Shown in pieces: positions 43,402 to 52,180 of a DNA stretch of 64,000 nucleotides. The stretch lies in sequence record PZ445523.1, one strand, 5' to 3'. Each line of letters begins with the position of its first letter. Within the stretch, counting starts at the first letter, position 1. The position numbers were made by a program, and so were the translations under genes. Below the pieces are notes generated by a model. That model was not told the DNA's origin. It searched no databases and saw nothing but the letters and a program-made list of their open reading frames with translations. This DNA is from a phage.

Positions 43402-44085
43402 TTATCGTTTTGTTGGAATAGATAGAGGATCGCATTCTTCCTCTGATGGAGCGTCTTCAAGACCCATAGCATATCGCAAAGCATACTTCATCATCAGGAT
43501 GTCTTTTGCACAGTCATGAATAGAATCATGTGCAACGAATCCATCTAAAGTTCCCTTTGGAAGAGGACATGTGGTCATATCACGAACAAGCAGAAGTGCT
43601 TCAATTCTGGTACGAATATCACGCTGATTCCAGAATTTACATGGTTCTAACTTAAATGTGTCAAGCTCATTCTCAGATACACCGTTAAGGCGTTGAATAT
43701 CACGAATGAGATCGACTAAAATTGGAAAATCAAACGACATTCCACGGCACCAGCCTTGAGATTTCCAAGGATCGATATTATGTGCATTGATGTAATCATT
43801 AAATTTTACAATACCATCGATAGTGCTTACATCTTCATCGGATGGTGCAATATTTTTTCGAGCTTCAGGGGATTGATTCTTCCACCATTCGATAGTGCTT
43901 TTAGTAAAAAGACGATGTCCTTTTTGGCTTTTTAAATCAAATTTGATTTTAATGCCACGTGAAACTAATTCATCAAACGTTTCAACGACTTCTGGATTAG
44001 GGTCAAAAGCAATTACAGCCAAATCAATAACCGCTGCTTTTTCACCACTTCCCATTGTTTCAAAATCTATAATAAAATCAAACAT
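43402..44085 (-). CDS. dexA: exonuclease A (DEDD family)
   Basis: 227 aa, same as T4 DexA; N-terminal FIIDFETMG exo motif. Confidence 0.88.
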   Translation of the reverse strand: MFDFIIDFETMGSGEKAAVIDLAVIAFDPNPEVVETFDELVSRGIKIKFDLKSQKGHRLFTKSTIEWWKNQSPEARKNIAPSDEDVSTIDGIVKFNDYINAHNIDPWKSQGWCRGMSFDFPILVDLIRDIQRLNGVSENELDTFKLEPCKFWNQRDIRTRIEALLLVRDMTTCPLPKGTLDGFVAHDSIHDCAKDILMMKYALRYAMGLEDAPSEEECDPLSIPTKR

Positions 44086-44327
44086 TAAATTTTCCTCGCT
44101 AAATCACGAATTTGACCTACAGTATAGTCTTGAATATAAACTTTATTAATAGGCTCATCAATAAATTTTGCCATAGATTCAATATCTTTTTGTATTTCTT
44201 CAAGACTGTATACTATCTTTGAAGCTTTTTCGCGAATAGTAATATTTTCAGGACCAGGATTTTCCTCAATGACAGCTTTAACATTTGTCATAAGAGATTT
44301 AAACTGATACCAACTCAATTCAATCAT
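44085..44327 (-). CDS. hypothetical protein
   Basis: 80 aa ORF. Confidence 0.45.
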   Translation of the reverse strand: MIELSWYQFKSLMTNVKAVIEENPGPENITIREKASKIVYSLEEIQKDIESMAKFIDEPINKVYIQDYTVGQIRDLARKI

Positions 44328-44580
44328 TAATAATCGCCTTATAAAGATAGCTAATTTCGCCTAAAACATAATCATTGATTGTAACAGTTTTCACTTCACC
44401 ACAAAAGAATTCTAACGCAATTAAATCCCGTTCAATTTCTTCTAATTGAAGCATCAACTTACTAGATTCAATTTTTACAGTTTCACGATTTTTGCTATAA
44501 GCTATTTCATAAATTTCGCTTACTTTATCCTGAAGAAGATAAAACTGATCTTTAGTTATTTCCACGAATAGCTTCCTCAA
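44320..44580 (-). CDS. hypothetical protein
   Basis: 86 aa ORF. Confidence 0.45.
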   Translation of the reverse strand: MRKLFVEITKDQFYLLQDKVSEIYEIAYSKNRETVKIESSKLMLQLEEIERDLIALEFFCGEVKTVTINDYVLGEISYLYKAIIND

Positions 44581-44812
44581 ATTTAATCAGTAATTTACAA
44601 ACACTTTCATCTAATGTAATTACCGTATCTGTATTACTGTGATATGATTGTTTTTCAATTCGTTTAATTGCTAATATAGTATCACTTATAAGATAAAGCT
44701 TATGAAGGAGCTCAGCTCCTGTTACCATAACATTAAGATTATCTTGCTTATTAGTATGCTTCCTTATACCATCTATTAGACGATTTAAATATTTTGAATT
44801 GATGTTAATCAT
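44552..44812 (-). CDS. hypothetical protein
   Basis: 86 aa ORF. Confidence 0.4.
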   Translation of the reverse strand: MININSKYLNRLIDGIRKHTNKQDNLNVMVTGAELLHKLYLISDTILAIKRIEKQSYHSNTDTVITLDESVCKLLIKFEEAIRGNN

Positions 44813-44818
44813 ATATCC

Positions 44819-46138
44819 TCACACATAAAATACGTCATAACGACCACGGGTAACACCAACATAAAGAAGTTGTTGAGCCAATTCAGCATCTGCATAATGA
44901 ATACAAGGCGTATAAATGAAAGCACGGTCTACAGACATACCTTGCGCTTTATGGAATGTTGATGCAGGAAGTGCTTTCACTTTACTAAACTGTGATTTAG
45001 CATCCCAAAAATCACTCCATGGAGCTTTTCCGCCTTTATTCCAATTTTTATAAGTTTCTGCTGTTTTACCTAAAAATAGGTTAAACTTATATAATTCTTC
45101 ATCAGATGAAATTATTTTAATCTTTTCACGATAATATTCATCATCGCCGTAAGTTTCTACTGTTAAATCCCAATGACGAATTAAGTATTCTCCATGAACA
45201 CCACGAGCTTTAACAAACGTTGATGTATACTCTGCTTCTATAATACGAACTAATTGTCCGTTATTAAAAATAATTTCTGACACAGGCTTTCCATCAATTT
45301 TATATGTTTTAATTAATGGTTCCTGCATTACAATAATTTCACCGACAATAAAATCTTTATCAGTTTCAAAAATCTTTTTACGAATAATGCTATTTAACTT
45401 GTCAACAGATTTATTCGTAAATGCCATTACGCGATTTTCAAACAAATCATCTAGTGATTTTACGATTGAAAAATAATTTACCATAAAATCTCGTAAAGCG
45501 GTATCACCAGTAAATCCACGTACTCCATGCCCGTCAACAATTTTATCATAAATCCACTTACCGTTACGAACGTCAGTAGCTACATCAATAATAGGAGCAT
45601 TACTGCGTTTAACTTCAGTGAGTTCACACTGATAAAAATCTTTATGTGTAAAGAATGGACTGATATAAGCAGTATTTTCTCCTGGGTCAACAGGTCTAAT
45701 TTGCTTATTATCACCTATTCCAATTATAGTACACCACGGCGGAATAGTTGAAAGCAGAATTTTAAATAGCTTTCTATCATACATTGACACTTCGTCGCAG
45801 ATTAATACCCTGCATTTAGCTAAATCTGGTACTTCCTTCTGCTCAAAGAGGACATTTTCTTCATATGTTACTGGGTTAATTTTAAGAATACTATGAATAG
45901 TACTCGCTTCTTTCCCTGATAGTTTTGAAAGAATCTTTTTAGCCGCATGCGTAGGAGCTGCTAAAATAATACCAGTTTCACCCGTAGATATTAGAGCTTC
46001 AATGATGAATTTAGTAAGAGTAGTCTTACCGGTACCAGCAGGTCCATTAATAGTTACATGATGTTTCTTTTCTTTAATAGCCTTCATAACAATGTTAAAG
46101 GCATTTTTCTGGCCTTCGGTCAAATCATCAAATGTCAT
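44819..46138 (-). CDS. dda: Dda DNA helicase (SF1)
   Basis: 439 aa, same as T4 Dda; Walker A GPAGTGKTT. Confidence 0.93.
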   Translation of the reverse strand: MTFDDLTEGQKNAFNIVMKAIKEKKHHVTINGPAGTGKTTLTKFIIEALISTGETGIILAAPTHAAKKILSKLSGKEASTIHSILKINPVTYEENVLFEQKEVPDLAKCRVLICDEVSMYDRKLFKILLSTIPPWCTIIGIGDNKQIRPVDPGENTAYISPFFTHKDFYQCELTEVKRSNAPIIDVATDVRNGKWIYDKIVDGHGVRGFTGDTALRDFMVNYFSIVKSLDDLFENRVMAFTNKSVDKLNSIIRKKIFETDKDFIVGEIIVMQEPLIKTYKIDGKPVSEIIFNNGQLVRIIEAEYTSTFVKARGVHGEYLIRHWDLTVETYGDDEYYREKIKIISSDEELYKFNLFLGKTAETYKNWNKGGKAPWSDFWDAKSQFSKVKALPASTFHKAQGMSVDRAFIYTPCIHYADAELAQQLLYVGVTRGRYDVFYV

Positions 46139-46446
46139 CGTAAATTCCCTGCAATTGGTATACTAACAATACGCCCAGTATCTAAAATTCGCCGATATAG
46201 TCTTTGTGTGTCTACATCAGGCTTAACATGTTTAACTTCTATTTTATTAAACCAAAATTTACGTGGAGTCTCAACTAATCTTGGAATTCCCTTACCTAAA
46301 GCTAGTCGATACTGCTCTTTAAGAGTAGTAAATACTTTATCAGCAATCTTCCATTCAAAAAATACAGCAGGACGATGTTCATCAAGCGGAACTGGCGCTA
46401 TAAATCCGTCTTTGTCTCGGTAAACTATCGCATATACATAAACCAT
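46135..46446 (-). CDS. hypothetical protein (dda.1 position)
   Basis: 103 aa ORF. Confidence 0.45.
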   Translation of the reverse strand: MVYVYAIVYRDKDGFIAPVPLDEHRPAVFFEWKIADKVFTTLKEQYRLALGKGIPRLVETPRKFWFNKIEVKHVKPDVDTQRLYRRILDTGRIVSIPIAGNLR

Positions 46447-46447
46447 A

Positions 46448-47194
46448 TTATCCTCGGATAAGTTTAAAAATTGAACAATTTAGCGGATATCCTCTTTTCA
46501 GTTTAAGTTTATCAATAAAAGACAAGTTTTGATACCGCTCTACACCTTGAATAATTTTATCACACATATCATATTGCATTTCTGCTTCTGACAACTTTTT
46601 CACAATTTTCCAATCCGAGCCTTTAAGAAGAACGTTCAATTTAACAACTTCAGCGCCTTCTGCTATGCGAGAACCATCAATACGAGCTTTAAGTGCTATA
46701 ATTCTTAGCTTAATGTCAGAGGTCTGTTTTGATTTAGAAAGCTGAGAAATGTGTTCAATTCGGTTTTCACGTTTTTTCTGTATAGCTTTAATTTGATTAT
46801 AAGTCTTTTTGATTTTAGCCCATTTCTTTTCATCTAAATTTAGTTTATGAACTTTTTTCGCAGATGAACGACCAATTCGCAAAGCAAATAAATCACGCTT
46901 TTCAATCAACTCTTCTAAAGTATAATCAGAACGAAATGTATTATACTTTTTCTTTACTGCAATAACATTCCCTTTAATGTATCCAACGTTATTATCAAAA
47001 CGTTCTAATGATAATTTCTCTCCTTCAATACGATTATCAAAAGGTTCTCCCGAGTAAGCACAAACTTTTTGATCTAAAATGTTCTTAATGTAATTGAAGT
47101 CTAAGTTAAAATCTTTAGAACGTCTTTTTGCAGATGCCTGAGTATGCTCTAGACGACGTTTAATTTTACGAATTTGGTTATTAGACAGTTTCAT
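46448..47194 (-). CDS. Srd-like basic protein
   Basis: 248 aa, very basic; position and size like T4 srd; contains C-x-Y-S-G ... SLERFDNNVGY segment. Confidence 0.5.
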   Translation of the reverse strand: MKLSNNQIRKIKRRLEHTQASAKRRSKDFNLDFNYIKNILDQKVCAYSGEPFDNRIEGEKLSLERFDNNVGYIKGNVIAVKKKYNTFRSDYTLEELIEKRDLFALRIGRSSAKKVHKLNLDEKKWAKIKKTYNQIKAIQKKRENRIEHISQLSKSKQTSDIKLRIIALKARIDGSRIAEGAEVVKLNVLLKGSDWKIVKKLSEAEMQYDMCDKIIQGVERYQNLSFIDKLKLKRGYPLNCSIFKLIRG

Positions 47195-47227
47195 ATTTTT
47201 CTCACATCTTACGGACGGTTAACTACT

Positions 47228-47260
47228 TATACTATAACATTTTTACTTTAACTTGTAAAC
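47228..47260 (-). promoter_or_regulatory. phage early promoter upstream of srd-like gene
   Basis: Minus strand GTTTAC (47260-47255), 18 nt, TGTTATAGT extended -10. Confidence 0.55.
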
Positions 47261-47273
47261 AACTTTATGTAAA

Positions 47274-47300
47274 AATGCTTTAAAACTTTCATGGTATAAT
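47274..47300 (+). promoter_or_regulatory. MotA-type middle promoter on the plus strand (antisense to modA)
   Basis: AATGCTTTA (47274-47282), exactly 12 nt, TGGTATAAT (47292-47300) read on the plus strand. Confidence 0.5.
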
Positions 47301-47317
47301 GAATCTAAGTCCTTCCA

Positions 47318-47920
47318 TTATAGATTAAATCCTTCAAAATCAAGAGTATAGATAGTGTATGTTGAATACTTTTTGTACTCATATCTATCTGCAATTCTAA
47401 ATACACTTCCAGCCGGTATCATTACTTCTTGTTCATCTGAAACTAATTCCATATTACGATAACGATGGCTATCCGGAAACTTAAAGTTTGGATTGTATTC
47501 TTTACAGCGTAGAGCTTTTATAGCATACTCCTGGAAATTGAATACCATAGGAGCTTTGAATTCAAAAATAACTTGTGTGTTATACTCTAAACCGGAAGCA
47601 AAATGTAGAGCTATATTTTTATCATATGAAGCTGATACTACTTTATCAAATGTAATAATATCAATTCCTTGATTTAATACTTGTTTAGTCTCAGCTGGAA
47701 CACCTCTCCAAAGAGGTTTATCGTTTGGAACCAAACGAGATTTGATTATTTCATTTAACCAAGTATGGTCATCTGGTTTATTAGTAATACAATGAATTAA
47801 AAGTTCAATTTCAGATAAATTAAACCCTTCAGAAAGTAATTCTTCACGAATAGAAGCACGCACCGATGCATCCATTGATTTTATTTTAAAATCTTTTAGT
47901 TGCATTACTGAGTATTTCAT
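47318..47920 (-). CDS. modA: ADP-ribosyltransferase ModA
   Basis: 200 aa; R (LWRG), S-x-S (SAS) and E-x-E (EQE) ART motifs. Confidence 0.8.
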   Translation of the reverse strand: MKYSVMQLKDFKIKSMDASVRASIREELLSEGFNLSEIELLIHCITNKPDDHTWLNEIIKSRLVPNDKPLWRGVPAETKQVLNQGIDIITFDKVVSASYDKNIALHFASGLEYNTQVIFEFKAPMVFNFQEYAIKALRCKEYNPNFKFPDSHRYRNMELVSDEQEVMIPAGSVFRIADRYEYKKYSTYTIYTLDFEGFNL

Positions 47921-48540
47921 TCAACTACCTCAATATCATAAACTTTAAATGTTCCAAATGAATCGTGTAATTTTTCTTTTGAAATAGAAGTTATTCTATA
48001 CTTTCCAATTGGAATCATCCATTCTTGTTCACGCACAATCATCATTAAGTTATCAGTACGCTCTGAATCTAGTCCATCAGTATCTTCATACGTGTACTTA
48101 AACTCAGTATTAGGAGAAGAAAGTATAATATCGCTGATATGGTCAGAATAATTAAAAGCTTTATCAGTTTTTAAACGAAGTATTATTTTAGTAAAATATT
48201 CAGCATAAGAAAAAGAACATGCTGTGAGCAAACTAGTAGTAAATGAATCTACTCTGTTCGTTGAAAACACTTCTCCAACTTGTAAATCTTTAATAAGTTC
48301 TTTTGTCGATTTTGATATACCACGATATAACTGATATGGTGATTTAGTTAAATGCTTTTTAACGATTTTATTCAACTGCCGATGAAGAGCTTCATTCTTT
48401 TTGGCTTCCATACATTGCCAAAGAATTGACTGCTCAAAGTCAGTAAATTTTTCACAGACCTTTTTATACATATCATATTGAAAATCAACGCTTTCAGCTT
48501 TTATAGATAACTGTTCAACATCTGCAAGATTAATAATCAT
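47917..48540 (-). CDS. modB: ADP-ribosyltransferase ModB
   Basis: 207 aa paralogue of modA with R (LYRG) and EQE motifs. Confidence 0.8.
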   Translation of the reverse strand: MIINLADVEQLSIKAESVDFQYDMYKKVCEKFTDFEQSILWQCMEAKKNEALHRQLNKIVKKHLTKSPYQLYRGISKSTKELIKDLQVGEVFSTNRVDSFTTSLLTACSFSYAEYFTKIILRLKTDKAFNYSDHISDIILSSPNTEFKYTYEDTDGLDSERTDNLMMIVREQEWMIPIGKYRITSISKEKLHDSFGTFKVYDIEVVE

Positions 48541-48607
48541 GATAGCCTCCGTATACTTCAGAAGCTATCATATCATCGTTAGAAAGGAAAGTAAACAACT
48601 TTTTGAA

Positions 48608-48790
48608 TTATTTTGCCCAGGGAGCCCAGGGCGGAGGGTCAAGATGGTATGAAGCTAGTTCTTCTAGAAGAGCATCTGGGGCTTCAATTCCATAATTCTG
48701 TAATATTATACGGTACTCTTTCTTATAATCACTAGAATCATTCTGGATATTCGTAGAATGATTATCTTCTAACATCTCAAATAAATCCAT
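48608..48790 (-). CDS. hypothetical protein
   Basis: 60 aa acidic ORF. Confidence 0.4.
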   Translation of the reverse strand: MDLFEMLEDNHSTNIQNDSSDYKKEYRIILQNYGIEAPDALLEELASYHLDPPPWAPWAK

Positions 48791-48798
48791 ATTAATTC

Positions 48799-49269
48799 CT
48801 AGCGATAAAAACCAAATTGACGATTAGCTTCAATAATCTTTCTTTCTTCTTCGGACATTCTCCAGCGTAGTCCAACGTCAAAATGAGCCCAGACCATCTT
48901 AACAAATGCATTTATATCTTTAATATCTTCAATAATGAATGTTTTACTTTTCGAAGGTTGACTCGCTAATTTAACTTTATCATCTTCAAACAGGTCAAAA
49001 AGACCGTATTCATAAGCTCTTTTATAGCCTTTAATAGTTAAAGCCTCAGAAGAAGAAAACGGTGAATCGGTATTATGCAAAATATCTTCAGTATGCTTTA
49101 TAATTAGAATAACATTTTCTGGATATTTTCTTTCTTTTATATCTTCAATTAAAAAATCCGGATTTTCTGCTAAAGGAATAATTAATGAGCATTTTTTACC
49201 AAGAGTATTTACTGATTTATCTTCTTTAGACATGAATTCTACTGAATAATGTTTTGCTACTTCAATCAT
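48799..49269 (-). CDS. hypothetical protein
   Basis: 156 aa ORF. Confidence 0.45.
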   Translation of the reverse strand: MIEVAKHYSVEFMSKEDKSVNTLGKKCSLIIPLAENPDFLIEDIKERKYPENVILIIKHTEDILHNTDSPFSSSEALTIKGYKRAYEYGLFDLFEDDKVKLASQPSKSKTFIIEDIKDINAFVKMVWAHFDVGLRWRMSEEERKIIEANRQFGFYR

Positions 49270-49412
49270 GTGATTTCCTTTTGCCTACTAATGGACCATC
49301 GGGAATTTTGTTTTCCTGGATATATTTCTCATTTTCTTCCATCATTTTACTGCCGATTTTAAGAAGCAAATCCAGTGCTTCATTTGCTTTTGCTTTAGCC
49401 TCATATCTTTGT

Positions 49413-49616
49413 TCATGATTTATCACCATAGATGTCTCTCATCAATTTAAGCGCTGAGCGTTCTAATTTCTTTTCTTTCTCAGCACTAATCATTGATTTC
49501 ATCCATTCTTCCGATTCGTTCTGCATTTCTTTATTTGCTTGTTCAACCCAACCATCATCAATATACATTGAGTTTGGTCTATTGAACCATTCAAGAATCT
49601 TCTTGAGAGCTTTCAT
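49413..49616 (-). CDS. hypothetical protein
   Basis: 67 aa ORF. Confidence 0.4.
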   Translation of the reverse strand: MKALKKILEWFNRPNSMYIDDGWVEQANKEMQNESEEWMKSMISAEKEKKLERSALKLMRDIYGDKS

Positions 49617-50088
49617 TTATTTTACCTAAAACAATAGTAGGAGCATCGTCAAATTTATGAATTTTTAGCAAATTTGGATTTAAATTATTCCATAAAGAGG
49701 TAATAAAATATGATAGCGCACTTTCGTCCGTAATTATAAATTTATTTCCTTTATCTATTTTCCAATCATATATTGAATCATATGAATAGAAGGATAACGG
49801 TTTATTATTATAATATGCTTCAGCAACATCAATATAGTTAGATTTAGTAAATGCTTGAATTGCCATAAATGGAGAATTTTGTACAGTTTCAATAATTCCG
49901 ATCTTTTTAAGTTTTATTTCAACATCTTCTGGAATTGGCATTGAAATAAAATCTTCTACTAGATACATGTTATTGTCATATCTTTTATCAATCATTACTG
50001 CTACGGTAATTGGAACATCCTTGACAAACGCCATACTAATACTATTGATAGACATTTCAAACAAAATTGCTTCCATAATTTTCCTCAA
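49591..50088 (-). CDS. hypothetical protein (T4 mrh/srh region)
   Basis: 165 aa ORF. Confidence 0.45.
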   Translation of the reverse strand: MRKIMEAILFEMSINSISMAFVKDVPITVAVMIDKRYDNNMYLVEDFISMPIPEDVEIKLKKIGIIETVQNSPFMAIQAFTKSNYIDVAEAYYNNKPLSFYSYDSIYDWKIDKGNKFIITDESALSYFITSLWNNLNPNLLKIHKFDDAPTIVLGKINESSQEDS

Positions 50089-50417
50089 TCACAAGATGTA
50101 GATGAACAACTAGAATCACAAGAACTTCCACATGAATCACCTGCCCATACATGAACAGGAACATTAGTGTCATATGAATCAGAACTAGATTGTGCATTAG
50201 ATGATGTAGTAGGTGTTGACCAGCGCCAAGGATTTTTATAATATTCTTGGGCTTCTTCATAAGTCATAGTGACTGCTTCTACTGTTCCATCTCCCATATA
50301 AACATATTCAACTACAGTTAAAGGAAGGTAATCGTTTGAAATAGGAACTACACCTTCTCCAGGAGTCGTAGAGAAAAAATCCGTAAAGAAACTTTTAAAC
50401 CAATTAAAGATAAACAT
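50085..50417 (-). CDS. hypothetical protein with Ser/Cys-rich C-terminal tail
   Basis: 110 aa; C-terminus [18 protein letters not shown]. Confidence 0.45.
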   Translation of the reverse strand: MFIFNWFKSFFTDFFSTTPGEGVVPISNDYLPLTVVEYVYMGDGTVEAVTMTYEEAQEYYKNPWRWSTPTTSSNAQSSSDSYDTNVPVHVWAGDSCGSSCDSSCSSTSCD

Positions 50418-50623
50418 TACAAAAAGCCTCTCTTAAATTCGACTTGTTTATCGCCATAATCATATCGAATCTCTGCATTAAATTCGACAGAGCCATCTGC
50501 GTACATCATAAATGAATGCACAACAACTTCTGTAGACCATGGTTGTAGTTCATATTTCTTCATTACGTGTCGTGAAATGATAATATCTAAATCTTCATTT
50601 GGTTTAATCCAACGATTTAACAT
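50417..50623 (-). CDS. hypothetical protein
   Basis: 68 aa ORF; promoter plus hairpin 50640-50708 upstream. Confidence 0.45.
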   Translation of the reverse strand: MLNRWIKPNEDLDIIISRHVMKKYELQPWSTEVVVHSFMMYADGSVEFNAEIRYDYGDKQVEFKRGFL

Positions 50624-50685
50624 AGTGCTCTCCTCTATAAGATAATTCTATTATACCATACTCATTTTGGAAAGTAAACCATTTA

Positions 50686-50708
50686 AATGAAAAAGGACTC
50701 CCGAAGGA
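50686..50708 (-). other. intercistronic UUCG hairpin
   Basis: AAGGACTCC-CGAA-GGAGTCCTT. Confidence 0.45.
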
Positions 50709-50718
50709 GTCCTTAAAT

Positions 50719-50964
50719 TTATTCACCAGTTACTTTCCACAAATCTTCATTTGCAGCAATCCATGCAGCACGTTGATTTTCTTCATATACTGTAGAATAT
50801 GCTGCTTTTTCTGAAGGGAATGTCTGGTAATGAGCACCAGAAATTTTGTGAACGTCAGAATAAAGAGGGAAAGCTACGGAAATTTCCTTTCCTTCAATTT
50901 TCTTATTTCCATCTAATTTCTGCTCAAATGTTTTGATATTAACATAACCGCGAGTACTAGCCAT
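50719..50964 (-). CDS. soc: small outer capsid protein
   Basis: 81 aa; MASTRGYVNIKTFEQKLDGNKK matches T4 Soc; minus-strand TATAAATA late promoter at 50995-51002. Confidence 0.88.
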   Translation of the reverse strand: MASTRGYVNIKTFEQKLDGNKKIEGKEISVAFPLYSDVHKISGAHYQTFPSEKAAYSTVYEENQRAAWIAANEDLWKVTGE

Positions 50965-50980
50965 GTAATTCTCCTTTTAT

Positions 50981-51190
50981 TTAAATTACATGATTATTTA
51001 TAATAAATTCTCGCGGAACGTTAAAATACCCAATTTTAGTTAATATAACAACATCGCCGTTAATAATTACCGGAGAATAATCGGCTGGAGCATTAAATTT
51101 CCAATGGGCTCTAATATTATATCCATCAGAACCAAATGCTCGACTAGCCGGTCTCCCGGCTTTTTGCCATGCATAAAAATCAAATTTCAT
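50981..51190 (-). CDS. hypothetical protein (soc.1 position)
   Basis: 69 aa ORF. Confidence 0.45.
   Translation of the reverse strand: MKFDFYAWQKAGRPASRAFGSDGYNIRAHWKFNAPADYSPVIINGDVVILTKIGYFNVPREFIINNHVI
50995..51002 (-). promoter_or_regulatory. late promoter (TATAAATA) for soc
   Basis: Plus strand TATTTATA = minus TATAAATA, about 30 nt upstream of soc ATG. Confidence 0.65.
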
Positions 51191-51390
51191 TTTGAATGCT
51201 CTATAATTAATTTTAAGGCTTCTTCACGCACCAACTTGTCTAATGGTATATGCCCAGTTTTAATTATGTAAGCTTTGTGGAGCTGATTAGATAAGAGCTC
51301 ACATACGAGCTCCTTGTCATAATCTTTAAATAGCTGGTCAATACGTTTCTTGCGGGCTTTCTTGAGCTGGCGTTTATTTAAACGAGCCAT
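51187..51390 (-). CDS. hypothetical protein (soc.2 position)
   Basis: 67 aa basic ORF. Confidence 0.45.
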   Translation of the reverse strand: MARLNKRQLKKARKKRIDQLFKDYDKELVCELLSNQLHKAYIIKTGHIPLDKLVREEALKLIIEHSK

Positions 51391-51908
51391 TAATAACCTC
51401 GGTCTTGACGAGCGAAATTTTCAGCATTTTTCAGATAATAAAGTTTAAAGATTTCTTCAGCTGACATTCCAAGAGCAATAAATTTATTCATGAAAAAGTG
51501 AAATTGGTCAATCAGTTCAAATTTAATTTCAAGCTGATCTTCGGGAGATAAATCTTGAATTTTCTTGGATTGCATTTCAGAATAACGTTTCTTCCAAGGT
51601 TTCCATACAGCAGAAGCTTCTTTTTCACCATTACTCATACCACCAAGAGAAGTATATAGCTCGCGAGTTTCGTCTGCGATATAATCGTCTTGGTTTCGCA
51701 GCCAAGCAAGAACTTCTCCTGCGGTTTCAAGTGAATCAGGATGACGATTTGTTTCTGGCTTATCATTAGCCAAACGAATCTGTAAAGACCGCTGCATATC
51801 AAGCATAACCTGCAATGGGTCTTTTTCATCACCGAGAATATCCCAGTATTCATTTTGAGCTTTATCAACACCTTCGATCAAATGAGCACATTCATTAAAG
51901 TGAGCCAT
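51390..51908 (-). CDS. 56: dCTPase/dUTPase gp56
   Basis: Start taken at MAHFNECAHL (172 aa, T4 gp56 is 171) with AAAGGAAAAATAATG RBS; track ORF N-terminal extension lacks RBS. Confidence 0.88.
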   Translation of the reverse strand: MAHFNECAHLIEGVDKAQNEYWDILGDEKDPLQVMLDMQRSLQIRLANDKPETNRHPDSLETAGEVLAWLRNQDDYIADETRELYTSLGGMSNGEKEASAVWKPWKKRYSEMQSKKIQDLSPEDQLEIKFELIDQFHFFMNKFIALGMSAEEIFKLYYLKNAENFARQDRGY

Positions 51909-51979
51909 TATTTTTCCTTTCAATTCATGGGTTAGTAGATTAATTATACAATAAATATATAAAGCAATAAGGAGGACAT

Positions 51980-52180
51980 ATGGTACAAAAATTAATGGCA
52001 CTTGTTGATGCCATAAAAGGTAATAAGAAACGTATAGCTTTTACTATTTCTGCTATGGTAGGAATTTTACTCTGGAACTTTATTTTATCACCTGTTGCAA
52101 TTGCTCATGATGTTAATATTCCAGTAGTTACTCTTGATACATTCGTAGATTTAGCATTTGCTTTAGTTGGGTTAATTTAA
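51980..52180 (+). CDS. small membrane protein on opposite strand, at the position of T4 gene 69/dam
   Basis: 66 aa ORF with TAAGGAGG 4 nt before ATG; TM segment; no overlap with other coding except 3 nt of gene 61 stop. Confidence 0.45.
   Translation: MVQKLMALVDAIKGNKKRIAFTISAMVGILLWNFILSPVAIAHDVNIPVVTLDTFVDLAFALVGLI

Noticed and set aside
50057-50260. His-rich 67 aa ORF ([15 protein letters not shown]...)
   Set aside because: Alternate-frame artefact overlapping the better-supported 50085-50417 gene.
51909-52001. N-terminal 31 aa extension of the gene 56 ORF (MPLIFVPYVLL...)
   Set aside because: No RBS at 52001; the internal ATG at 51908 has a good RBS and gives the T4-like MAHFNECAHL start.
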